Made by a program: the position numbers and the translations under genes
Origin: Amphiscolops sp. MND2022
Lineage: Eukaryota
DNA: 64,000 nucleotides
NCBI GenBank assembly: GCA_964187785.1
Contig: OZ076409.1
Location: forward strand, 70,434,001-70,498,000
Reading direction: 5' to 3'
The notes under the pieces: generated by a model
Database searches by the model: none
What the model saw: only the letters and a program-made list of their open reading frames with translations
Told to the model about the DNA's origin: nothing
Shown: in pieces, positions 22,120 through 34,465 of the stretch
Layout of the letters: each line of letters starts with the position of its first letter
Numbering within the stretch: position 1 is the stretch's first letter

Positions 22120-25100
22120 CTAGGTGGCGGGGGGCTGTCCCCAATAGAATATAGTGAGGTAGGGTAGGGTTCCCTACCGAACATTCAGTACTGAAAGACT
22201 CTTGTAGTATGAAAATTTTTCGATGTTTTGAGACCGATTTCGGATTCCACCCGTCAGAAGTTTATGATTTTTTGGCCCCCACCCAGATTTTGGGCACTGA
22301 TCGCCCCCCACCAGGTTCCATACCCGTGGTTTCGTTGTGACGGGTACACGAGCGACCGTTAGGGGTCAATCAGGGGGTAAAATTTATAAAAGTGTGAATA
22401 ACTTTTCCCCCCGTCGTTTTAGCAGGTCCGGTCACTAGTAAAGGTTTGTTGGGCATCATGCAGTGGGTACGGGGGGCCAAACAAAAATTTTCTATCTTGC
22501 ACCGTTACGGACTTGGCCCCCCGCCCAAACCGCTATTTTACCGGAAATTGCACTTTTTGACCGGGAAGGAGTCGTCTGAGCGCGGAGTCATTTGGTAATG
22601 TTTTGTAGAGCATCTGGAGACGTGGTGGGGGACATGTAGTTTGCCGACCCCAGTTTACCCCTCGGACGGGAAATGACCGTTATGTGAGTTTCAAAAATGC
22701 CCCCCTCCAATTTTCCCCGCAATTTTCGGTGTGAAGGAGTCGGAATAGCGTGTCGAGTGCTATATATCAAAAGTAGCTTTAAACAAGGACCTATCAGAAA
22801 CATGTGGTTTGGGACCCTTTGAACGGACCCGTTAGCCGGAAATAGGGTGACCGCCTCCTTTTTTTGGTGGTAAAACCGTAAAACGGGCATTAAAGTGTAA
22901 TTATCTCGTGAACGCGTGGAGCAATCGTGTCCATCACTCCTACAAGGTTTCATACCCATGACATGGTGCCTTCAGGGGGGCAAACAGATCAGCGCTATCT
23001 ATCACCGTTACGGACTTTGCCCCCGAGCCTAACCGCTATATTACCGGAAATTGCCCTTTTTGACCGGGAAGGAGTCGTCTGAGAGTGGAGTCGTTAAGTA
23101 ATGTTTTGTAGAGCATCTAGAGACGTGTTGGGGGACATGTAGTTTGCCGACCCCGGTTTACCCCTCGGACGGGAAATTACCGTTATGTGAGTTTTAAAAT
23201 TGACCCCCTTCAACTTTCCCCGTTATTTCCGATGTGAAGGAGTGAGGGTAGCGCGTCGGGTGTCATATATCAAAAGTAGGTTAAGACAAGGACCAACCGG
23301 GAACGTGTTGTTTGGGACCCTCTGGCCCAACCCGTTAGCCGTTATAAGGGTGATCGCCTCCTTTTTTTACTGCTAAAACCGGAAAACGGGCATTGAGGGG
23401 TAAATATCTCGTGAACGCGTGGAGCAATCGTGTCCATCACTACTACAAGGTTTCATACCCATGATACGGTGCCTTCAGGGGGGAAAACAGATTACCGCTA
23501 TATATCACCGTTACGGACTTGGCCCCCCAGCCTAACCACTATGTGACCGGAAATGTCATTTTTTGAGCCAAAAGGGTTGGTCCCAGCGTGGGAACGTCAG
23601 GTAACTTTATGTAGAACTCAATGAGACGAGTTGGGGGATATAGTTTTAGTCACCCCCCGTTGACCCGTTGGACCGGAAACGACCGTTATGTAGTGAAAAA
23701 TGTTATTTTTATACTTTTTGAAGGCCATTTAGGGCAGGAAGTATCGGTAATATGTCTTTGGACAGTATACAATGAAAGTTTTGGTGTGAAACGAGCAATC
23801 TGAAATAACCGTTATTATGATTCGGAAGTCACACTAACAGCGAAAATGACCGTTATGTAGTGAAAATTTTTTTCACAATTTTTTTTTATTTTCGATAGGT
23901 CCTTCAAGCCAGGAAGTAGCTGTATTAGGTCTTTGGTCACTTTATGATGATTGTGGTGTTGTGAGATGACCGTACGAACTTGACCGTTATAATGCCCCTG
24001 AAGTTGCGGCGGCACGAGAAATTTCAGAAAGTTTGTCTTTTCTGTGTTTTGTTGGACTAAACATGTAATTTCATCAAACCAAAGTGCATTCAGGGTGTCA
24101 GAAAGCTTCAAGAAAAGAATTTGACAGGAAACATGAGGTGAGAAATAGGAAAATGCCACGGAAATCCAACCCGCTGGGAAGTAAAGATAATAAATTGGTT
24201 TGGAAGTGCCAATCGACGTGTAATTGCGGATCATAGCTACGATATTGTCTCTTTTGTTTCTTTTTGAAGACTTTGAACATTTTCACTTTATCAGCTTGAA
24301 GTTTCGACTCCATTAACTCAATAACCGTTACAATATGATAGCCCTCAAGTTGACCTTGTGTCAACTTGAAAGGGCTATCCTTTCACAACTGCGCAGCGAC
24401 AGTGTGATTGAGTGTTTTTGTTATTATCCATAGCCAATTTGAACTTCAACAAAAGTTTAACCATAATTAAAAAATTTCATATGATTCTTTTAAAAGGATA
24501 AGTAAGAAACAAATGTTTGACAAAAAACTTTCAACCTTTAATTTGTGGACTGAATATCAGGAAAACCATGTCTCCTAACGTTGTTGGATGAAATTCAACA
24601 TGATTCTTTTAATAGGATAACAAAGTTTGACAACATATTTTTTTATATTCTTTCGTTGGTGCTCTACATTTTAGGAAAACGAATTTTCCAACAAATATTG
24701 TTGGCTGATGCCTGTTCATAGTGGCTTGAAAATTTCACCAACTGTAATGCTTTTTATCAAAGGTGAAACCGCTCCTTACCGTCGCATAATGTAATTCAAG
24801 CCAACGCCCACATGCCAACATCAACGCCCACCGTCCGTAGGCATGCCGAGGCATGCCTTCCGACGACGTATGCCAAATCACGCCCCTGCGAGGTCACTAA
24901 AGCGGTAGCAGCTAGGTGGCGGGGGGCTGTCCCCAATAGAATATAGTGAGGTAGGGTAGGGTTCCCTACCGAACATTCAGTACTGAAAGACTCTTGTAGT
25001 ATGAAAATTTTTCGATGTTTTGAGACCGATTTCGGATTCCACCCGTCAGAAGTTTATGATTTTTTGGCCCCCACCCAGATTTTGGGCACTGATCGCCCCC

Positions 25101-27708
25101 CACCAGGTTCCATACCCGTGGTTTCGTTGTGACGGGTACACGAGCGACCGTTAGGGGTCAATCAGGGGGTAAAATTTATAAAAGTGTGAATAACTTTTCC
25201 CCCCGTCGTTTTAGCAGGTCCGGTCACTAGTAAAGGTTTGTTGGGCATCATGCAGTGGGTACGGGGGGCCAAACAAAAATTTTCTATCATGCACCGTTAC
25301 GGACTTGGCCCCCCGCCCAAACCGCTATTTTACCGGAAATTGCACTTTTTGAACGGGAAGGAGTCGTCTGAGCGCGGAGTCGTTTGGTAATGTTTTGTAG
25401 AGCATCTGAAGACGTGGTGGGGGACATGTAGTTTGCCGACCCCAGTTTACCCCTCGGACGGGAAATGACCGTTATGTTAGTTTTAAAATTGCCCCCTGTC
25501 AACTTTAACCGCTATTTCTGGTGTGAAGGAGTCGGAACAGCGTGTCGGGTGCTATATATCAAAAGTAGCTTTAAACAAGGACCTATCAGAAACATGTGGT
25601 TTGGGACCCTTTGAACGGACCCGTTAGCCGGAAATAGGGTGACCGCCTCCTTTTTTTGGTGTTAAAACCGTAAAACGGGCATTAAAGTGAAATTATCTCG
25701 TGAACGCGTGGAGCAATCGTGTCCATCACTCCTACAAGGTTTCATACCCATGACATGGTGTCTTCAGGGGGGCAAACAGATCAGCGCTATCTATCACCGT
25801 TACGGACTTTGCCCCCCAGCCTAACCGCTATATTACCGGAAACTGCCCTTTTTGACCGGGAAGGAGTCGTCTGAGAGTGGAGTCGTTAAGTAATGTTTTG
25901 TAGAGCATCTAGAGACGTGTTGGGGGACATGTAGTTTGCCGACCCCTGTTTACCCCTCGGACGGGAAATGACCGTTATGTTAGTTTTAAAATTGCCCCCC
26001 GTCAACTTTAACCGCTATTTCTGGTGTGAAGGAGTCGGAATAGCGTGTCGGGTGCTACATATCAAAAGTAGCTTTAAACAAGGACCTATCAGAAACATGT
26101 GGTTTGGGACCCTTGGAACGGACCCGTTAGCCGGAAATAGGGTGACCGCCCCCTTTTTCTGCGGTTAAAATTGTAAAACGGGCATTGAAGTGGAATTATC
26201 TTGGAAACGCGTGGAGCTATAGTGTCCTTCACTACTACAAGGTTTCATACTCAAGATACGGTGCCTTCAGGGGGGAAAACAGATTACCGCTATATATCAC
26301 CGTTACGGACTTGGCCCCCCAGCCTAACCGCTATGTTACCGGAAATGTCATTTTTTGAGCCAAAAGGGTTAGTCCCAGCGTGGGAACGTCAGGTAACTTT
26401 ATGTAGAACTCAATGAGACGAGTTGGGGGATATGGTTTCAGTCACCCCCCGTTGACCCGTTAGACCGGAAACGACCGTTATGTAGTGAAAAATGTAATTT
26501 TTATACTTTTTGAAGGCCATTTAGGGCAGGAAGTATCGGTAATATGTCTTTGGACAGTATACAATGAAAGTTTTGGTGTGAAACAAGCAATCTGAAATAT
26601 CCGTTATTATGATTCGGAAGTCACACTAACAGCGAAAATGACCGTTATGTAGTGAAAATTTTTTTCACATTTTTTTTGCTTTCGATAGGTCCTTCAAGCC
26701 AAGAAGTAGCTGTATTAGGTCTTTGGCCACTTTATGATGATTGTGGTGTTGTGAGATGACCGTACGAACTTGACCTTTATAATGCCCCTGAAGTTGCTGC
26801 GGCACGAGAAATTTCAGAAAGTTTGTCTTTTCTGTGTTTTGTTGGAATAAACATTTAATTTCATTAAACCAATGTGCATTCAGGGTGTTTAGAAAGCTTC
26901 AAGAAAAGAATTTAATAGGAAACATGGCGGTGAGAAATAACAAATTGCCACGTAAATCCAACCCCCGTTGGGGAATAAATGTAATAAATTGTTTTGGAAG
27001 TGCCAATCGACGTGTATTTGCGGATCATAGCCACGGTATTGTCTATTCGTGTTTCTTTTTGAAGACTTTGAACATTTTCACTTTATCAGCTTGAGGTTTT
27101 AACTCTATATGCTTAATAACCGTTACAATATGATAGCCCTCAAGTTGACCTTGTGTCAACTTGAAAGGGCTATCCTTTCACAACTGCGCAGCAACAGTGT
27201 GATTGAGTGATTTAGTTATTATCCAAGGCCAATTTGAACTTCAACAAGATTTTAACCACAATATTTAAAACTATTCATATGATTCTTTCAAAAGGGTAAA
27301 TATTTAACTAATATTTGACAAAAAACTCCAACCTTTAATTTGTGGACCGAATAGTAGGAAAACCATGTTTCTTAACGTTGTTGGATGAAATTCAAAATGA
27401 TGCTTTTAAAAGAATAACAATTCTTGACACTATATATTTTTTCTATTTTCCAATAAACTATTTTTCCAAAAGTCTATTTTTCCAATAAACATTGTTGATT
27501 GATGCCCATTCATAGTGACTGGAAAGTTTTACCAACTGTGGTGTTTTTTTTAATCAGAGGTGAAACCGCTCCCTACCGTCGCATAATGTAATTTAAGCCG
27601 ACGCCCACATGCCAACATCAACGCCCACCGTCCGTAGGCATGCCGAGGCATGCCTTTCGACGACGTATGCCAAATCACGCCCCTGCGAGGTCACTAAAGC
27701 GGTAGCGG
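22120..27708 (+). repeat. Units U1 and U2, subfamily A (2792 and 2797 bp)
   Basis: Head GTGGCGGGGGGCTGTCCCC, an internal 503-bp duplication and an A-specific 3' half. Confidence 0.9.
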
Positions 27709-30700
27709 CTAGGTGCGGGGGGGAAACCCCATCCCTTATCTTGGAGGATTCGGGTAGGGTCCTGAATCCGAGTTCAGTGCCGCCAGCTCTCAGTAGAAAT
27801 CTGGGAAATTTTTTGCGATCTCGTGATCTAACCATAGGATTTTAAAGTTGGAGCGGCCCCCACCAGATTTTCCAAAGTTATTCGCCCCCCACCGGGTTCC
27901 AGCGTGATTGAAATATTTTGTCGAGGTACACGGGCGACCGTTAGGGGTCATTTTAGGGGTAAAATTCATATTGGGCCACATAACTTTTTTTCTGTTGATT
28001 TAAAACTTTAGGACCCTGCTAAAAGTTTCTTGACCATGTTGCAGGGGCCCCGGAGGTCCAAACCAAATTTTTCTATCTTAAAGCTATCTCCAAGTACCCC
28101 CCCGCCCAAACCGTTATTTTTCCGGAAACGCCGGTTTTTGACCCGGAAGGAGTCGTCTGAGCGCGGGGTCGTTAGGTGATGTTTTGGGGACGGCCTCGAG
28201 ACGAAGCGGGGGATATATAGTTTGCCGATCCCAGTTTACCCCCCGCACGGGAAATGACCGTTATATGAGCGGGAAAAATGCCCCCCTCCACGTTTTACCG
28301 CTATTTCCGGTGTGAAGGAGTGGGAGTAGCGCGTCGGGTGTTATATAACAAAAGTAGGTTTAGACAAGGACCTATCGAAAACATGTAGTTTGGGACCCCC
28401 TGGTCCAACCCGTTAGCGGGAAATGGGGCTTCCGCCTCCTTTTTTTACTGCTAAAACCGTAAAATGGGCATTGAGGGGTAAATATCTCGTGAACGCGTGG
28501 AGCAATCGTGTCCATCACTACTACAAGGTTTCATACCCATGATATGGTGCCTTCAGGGGGGCAAACAGATTTCCGCTATCTATCACCGTTACCGACTTGG
28601 CCCCCCAGCCTAACCGCTATGTGACCGGAAATGTCACTTTTTGAGCCCAAAGTGTCGGTCCCAGCCGGGGAACGTTAGGTAACTTATTGTAGTACTCAAT
28701 GAGACGAGTTGGGGGGTATAGTTTCAGTCACCCCCCGTTACCCCTTGGGACCGGAAATGACCGTTATGTGGGTAAAATTGCCATTTTTGTCCTATTTGGA
28801 GGGCATTTAGATGCGGAAGGAGTGGTAATAGGTGCTTGGACACTGTATGATGTAAAAGAGGACGTGATGCGAGCATTCGAAATTAACCGTTATGTTGACC
28901 CCTAAGTCCCCCTGGTACCGTAAATGACCGGAAATGGTCTAATTTTGTGTTTATTGGGTACAAATGTTTGGTATTTTATGAATTAAAGTACATGGAAGGT
29001 GTTTCAAAGGCCTCCAGAAGTGAACATCGTCATGAAACCTTGTGGGGGGTAACGGTATATAACACCGGAAGTCCAAACCGTTGGTCACAGAATAGGTTTT
29101 TTGGTTTCAAAATGTCTTTAGGCGTAGTTTTATGGGTTGAATCGTCATAATATCAACTATTACGGACATTTTTCGGAAAAAAAAATTTTTCACATTAGTT
29201 TCAGAGACCTCCAATGCTTCAGTCAACATAACCGTTACATTTTGATAGCCTTTCAAGTTGGCCTGGCGTCAACTTGGAAGGGCTATCCTTCTAAAATCGT
29301 TAATCAAGAGTGTTTTTGGGTAGGTATATGTTGCATTAGTACCAATTAGAGCTTCATCAACAGTTTGCCAACGGCAAAAACGATGTCGTGATAATTCCGT
29401 TATAAGAATATTAATTAAAAAATTGTTTACAAAGTTGATTTTTTTCATTTAAAATGTGTCCTAATGCCACCAAATTGAATAAAATAATAAATGGTATTGA
29501 CTAAAACTAAATAACATTGAAAAAGAAGATCAACATTTTTATTAGGTCTCATTATGGAAGCTGAAACCTCACGTTTTAACTTGATTAACGTCAACGCCAC
29601 ATACTTTACATCAACGCCCACCGTCTGTGGGCATGCCGAGGCATGCCCTTCGACGACGTATACCAAATTCCTCCAACACAACACCCCCGAGCGCGGTAGC
29701 AGCTAGGTGCGGGGGGGAAACCCCTTCCTTTATCTTGGAGGATTCGGGTAGGGTCCTGAATCCGATCTTAGTTCGCCCAGCTCTCAGTAGAAATCTGGGA
29801 AATTTTTTGCGATCTCGTGATCTAACCATAGGATTTTAAAGTTGGAGCGGCCCCCACCAGATTTTCCAAAGTTATTCGCCCCCCACCGGGTTCCAGCGTG
29901 ATTGAAATATTTTGACGGGGTACACGGGCGACCGTTAGGGGTCATTTTGGGGGTAAAATTTATATCCGGTCGCATAACTTTTTTCCTGTTGGATTAAAAC
30001 TTTGGGACCCTGCTAAAAGTTTCTTGACCGTGTTGCGGGGGCTCCGGAGGTCCAAACCAAATTTTTCTATCTTGAAGCTATCTCCAAGTACCCCCCCGCC
30101 CAAAACGTTATTTTTCCGGAAACGCAGGTTTTTGACCCGGAAGGAGTCGTCTGAGCGCGGGGTCGTTAGGTGATGTTTTGGGGACGGCCTTGAGACGAAG
30201 CGGGGGATATATAGTTTGCCGACCCCAGTTTACCCCCCGCACGGGAAATGACCGTTATATGAGCGGGAAAAATGCCCCCCTCCACGTTTTACCGCTATTT
30301 CCGGTGTGAAGGAGTGGGAGTAGCGCGTCGGGTGTTATATAACAAAAGTAGGTTTAGACAAGGACCTATCGGAAACATGTAGTTGGCGACCCCCTGGACC
30401 AACCCGTTAGCGGGAAATGGGGCTTCCGCCTCCTTTTTTTACTGCTAAAACCGTAAAATGGGCATTGAGGGGTAAATATCTCGTGAACGCGTGGAGCAAT
30501 CGTGTCCATCACTACTACAAGGTTTCATACCCATGATATGGTGCCTTCAGGGGGGCAAACAGATTTCCGCTATCTATCACCGTTACCGACTTGGCCCCCC
30601 AGCCTAACCGCTATGTGACCGGAAATGTCACTTTTTGAGCCCAAAGGGTCGGTCCCAGCCGGGGAACGTTAGGTAACTTATTGTAATACTCAATGAGACG

Positions 30701-31674
30701 AGTTGGGGGATATAGTTTCAGTCACCCCCCGTTACCCCTTGGGACCGGAAATGACCGTTATGTGGGTAAAATTGCAATTTTTATACTTTTTTAAGTGTAT
30801 TTAGGTGCGGAAGGAGTGGTAATAGGTGCTTGGACACTATATGAGGCAAGGGAGGACGTGAGGCGAGCATTCGGAAATAACCGTTATGTTGACCCTAAAG
30901 TCCCCCTGGTACCGTAAACGACCGGAAATGGTCAAATTTTGTGTCTATTGGGTACAAATGTTTAGTATTTTGTAGATAAAAGTATCTATTAGGTGTTTCG
31001 ACGGTCTGCAATAGTGAACATAGTCATGAAACCTTGTGGGGGGTAACGGGGTATATAGCACCGGAAGTCCAAACCGTTGGACACAGGATAGGTTTTTGGT
31101 TTGTAAATGTCTTTTGGCGTACTTTTGTCGACTATTATGGACTATTATTAAAAATTAAAGTTTTTCCATATAGTTTCAGAGACTCCGAAACCTCAACCAA
31201 CATAACCGTTACATTTTGATAGCCTTTCAAGTTGGCCTGGTGTCAACTTGGAAGCGCTATCCTTCTGAAATCGTTAATCAAGAGTGTTTTTGGGTAGGTA
31301 TATATTGCATTAGTACCAATTAGAGCTTCATCAACAGTGTATCAACGACAAAAACTATGCCGTCATGATTCCGTTATCAGAATCATAGTGAGCAAATTGT
31401 TGAAAAAAATGGTTTTTTCCATACAAAAGGTGTCCTAAATGCCAGGAAACCTATTTACCTAACAAATGGTATTAATTGGAATGTATGTAACAGATTTATA
31501 AAAGTTCAAATTGAATATTACATTTCATTATGGAAGCTGAAACGTCATATTTTAGTTTAATTAACGTCAACGCCACACACTTTACATCAACGCCCACCGT
31601 CTGTGGGCATGCCGAGGCATGCCCTTCGACGACGTATGACAAATCCATATCAAACGACGCCCGTACATCCCGGG
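27709..31674 (+). repeat. Units U3 and U4, subfamily B (1994 and 1972 bp)
   Basis: Head GTGCGGGGGGGAAACCCC; the two units have different 3' halves. Confidence 0.9.
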
Positions 31675-34465
31675 CTAGGTGGCGGGGGGCTGTCCCCAAT
31701 AGAATATAGTGAGGTAGGGTAGGGTTCCCTACCGAACATTCAGTACTGAAAGACTCTTGTAGTATGAAAATTTTTCGATGTTTTGAGACCGATTTCGGAT
31801 TCCACCCGTCAGAAGTTTATGATTTTTTGGCCCCCACCCAGATTTTGGGCACTGATCGCCCCCCACCAGGTTCCATACCCGTGGTTTCGTTGTGACGGGT
31901 ACACGAGCGACCGTTAGGGGTCAATCAGGGGGTAAAATTTATAAAAGTGTGAATAACTTTTCCCCCCGTCGTTTTAGCAGGTCCGGTCACTAGTAAAGGT
32001 TTGTTGGGCATCATGCAGTGGGTACGGGGGGCCAAACAAAAATTTTCTATCTTGCACCGTTACGGACTTGGCCCCCCGCCCAAACCGCTATTTTACCGGA
32101 AATTGCACTTTTTGACCGGGAAGGAGTCGTCTGAGCGCGGAGTCATTTGGTAATGTTTTGTAGAGCATCTGGAGACGTGGTGGGGGACATGTAGTTTGCC
32201 GACCCCAGTTTACCCCTCGGACGGGAAATGACCGTTATGTGAGTTTCAAAAATGCCCCCCTCCAATTTTCCCCGCAATTTCCGGTGTGAAGGAGTCGGAA
32301 TAGCGTGTCGAGTGCTATATATCAAAAGTAGCTTTAAACAAGGACCTATCAGAAACATGTGGTTTGGGACCCTTTGAACGGACCCGTTAGCCGGAAATAG
32401 GGTGACCGCCTCCTTTTTTTGGTGGTAAAACCGTAAAACGGGCATTAAAGTGTAATTATCTCGTGAACGCGTGGAGCAATCGTGTCCATCACTCCTACAA
32501 GGTTTCATACCCATGACATGGTGTCTTCAGGGGGGCAAACAGATCAGCGCTATCTATCACCGTTAAGGACTTTGCCCCCCAGACTAACCGCTATATTACC
32601 GGAAATTGCCCTTTTTGACCGGGAAGGAGTCGTCTGAGAGTGGAGTCGTTAAGTAATGTTTTGTAGAGCATCTAGAGACGTGTTGGGGGACATGTAGTTT
32701 GCCGACCCCGGTTTACCCCTCGGACGGGAAATTACCGTTATGTGAGTTTTAAAATTGACCCCCTTCAACTTTCCCCGTTATTTCCGATGTGAAGGAGTGA
32801 GGGTAGCGCGTCGGGTGTCATATATCAAAAGTAGGTTAAGACAAGGACCAACCGGGAACATGTTGTTTGGGACCCTCTGGCCCAACCCGTTAGCCGTTAT
32901 AAGGGTGATCGCCTCCTTTCTTTACTGCTAAAACCGGAAAACGGGCATTGAGGGGTAAATATCTCGTGAACGCGTGGAGCAATCGTGTCCATCACTACTA
33001 CAAGGTTTCATACCCATGATACGGTGCCTTCAGGGGGGAAAACAGATTACCGCTATATATCACCGTTACGGACTTGGCCCCCCAGCCTAACCGCTATGTG
33101 ACCGGAAATGTCATTTTTTGAGCCAAAAGGGTTGGTCCCAGCGTGGGAACGTCAGGTAACTTTATGTAGAACTCAATGAGACGAGTTGGGGGATATAGTT
33201 TTAGTCACCCCCCGTTGACCCGTTGGACCGGAAACGACCGTTATGTAGTGAAAAATGTTATTTTTATACTTTTTGAAGGCCATTTAGGGCAGTAAGTATC
33301 GGTAATATGTCTTTGGACAGTATACAATGAAAGTTTTGGTGTGAAACGAGCAATCTGAAATAACCGTTATTATGATTCGGAAGTCACACTAACAGCGAAA
33401 ATGACCGTTATGTAGTGAAAATTTTTTTCACAATTTTTTTTATTTTCGATAGGTCCTTCAAGCCAGGAAGTAGCTGTATTAGGTCTTTGGTCACTTTATG
33501 ATGATTGTGGTGTTGTGAGATGACCGTACGAACTTGACCGTTATAATGCCCCTGAAGTTGCGGCGGCACGAGAAATTTCAGAAAGTTTGTCTTTTCTGTG
33601 TTTTGTTGGAATAAACATGTAATTTCATCAAACCAAAGTGCATTCAGGGTGTCAGAAAGCTTCAAGAAAAGAATTTGACAGGAAACATGAGGTGAGAAAT
33701 AGGAAAATGCCACGGAAATCCAACCCGTTGGGAAGTAAAGATAATAAATTGGTTTGGAAGTGCCAATCGACGTGTAATTGCGGATCATAGCTACGATATT
33801 GTCTCTTTTGTTTCTTTTTGAAGACTTTGAACATTTTCACTTTATCAGCTTGAAGTTTCGACTCCATTAACTCAATAACCGTTACAATATGATAGCCCTC
33901 AAGTTGACCTTGTGTCAACTTGAAAGGGCTATCCTTTCACAACTGCGCAGCGACAGTGTGATTGAGTGTTTTTGTTATTATCCATAGCCAATTTGAACTT
34001 CAACAAAAGTTTAACCATAGTTAAAAAATTTCATATGATTCTTTTAAAAGGATAAGTAAGAAACAAATGTTTGACAAAAAACTTTCAACCTTTAATTTGT
34101 GGACTGAATATCAGGAAAACCATGTCTCCTAACGTTGTTGGATGAAATTCAACATGATTCTTTTAATAGGATAACAAAATTTGACAACATATTTTTTTAT
34201 ATTCTTTCGTTGGTGCTCTACATTTTAGGAAAACGAATTTTCCAACAAATATTGTTGGCTGATGCCTGTTCATAGTGGCTTGAAAATTTCACCAACTGTA
34301 ATGCTTTTTATCAAAGGTGAAACCGCTCCTTACCGTCGCATAATGTAATTCAAGCCGACGCCCACATGCCAACATCAACGCCCACCGTCCGTAGGCATGC
34401 CGAGGCATGCCTTTCGACGACGTATGCCAAATCACGCCCCTGCGAGGTCACTAAAGCGGTAGCGG
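31675..34465 (+). repeat. Unit U5, subfamily A (2791 bp), near-identical to U1 and lying among B units
   Basis: Matches 22120-24911 with few substitutions. The switches B to A and A to B occur exactly at CTAG. Confidence 0.9.

Noticed and set aside
22120..22142. Canonical Helitron 3' end on the minus strand (GGGG-loop-CCCC...CTAG)
   Set aside because: U0 lacks this small hairpin, the next base is A or C rather than T, no 5' TC terminus is present, and G-T pairs favour the + strand. A non-canonical rolling-circle element remains possible.
22158..22172. Telomeric repeat (TAGGG/TTAGGG words)
   Set aside because: These are isolated words in a hairpin, not tandem telomeric tracts.
22820..22866. 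5S rRNA-like words (GTTAG...GGGTGACCGCCT, and CGATCTCGTGATCT in B heads)
   Set aside because: These are only short matches, they are not collinear within 120 nt, and they are not conserved across subfamilies.
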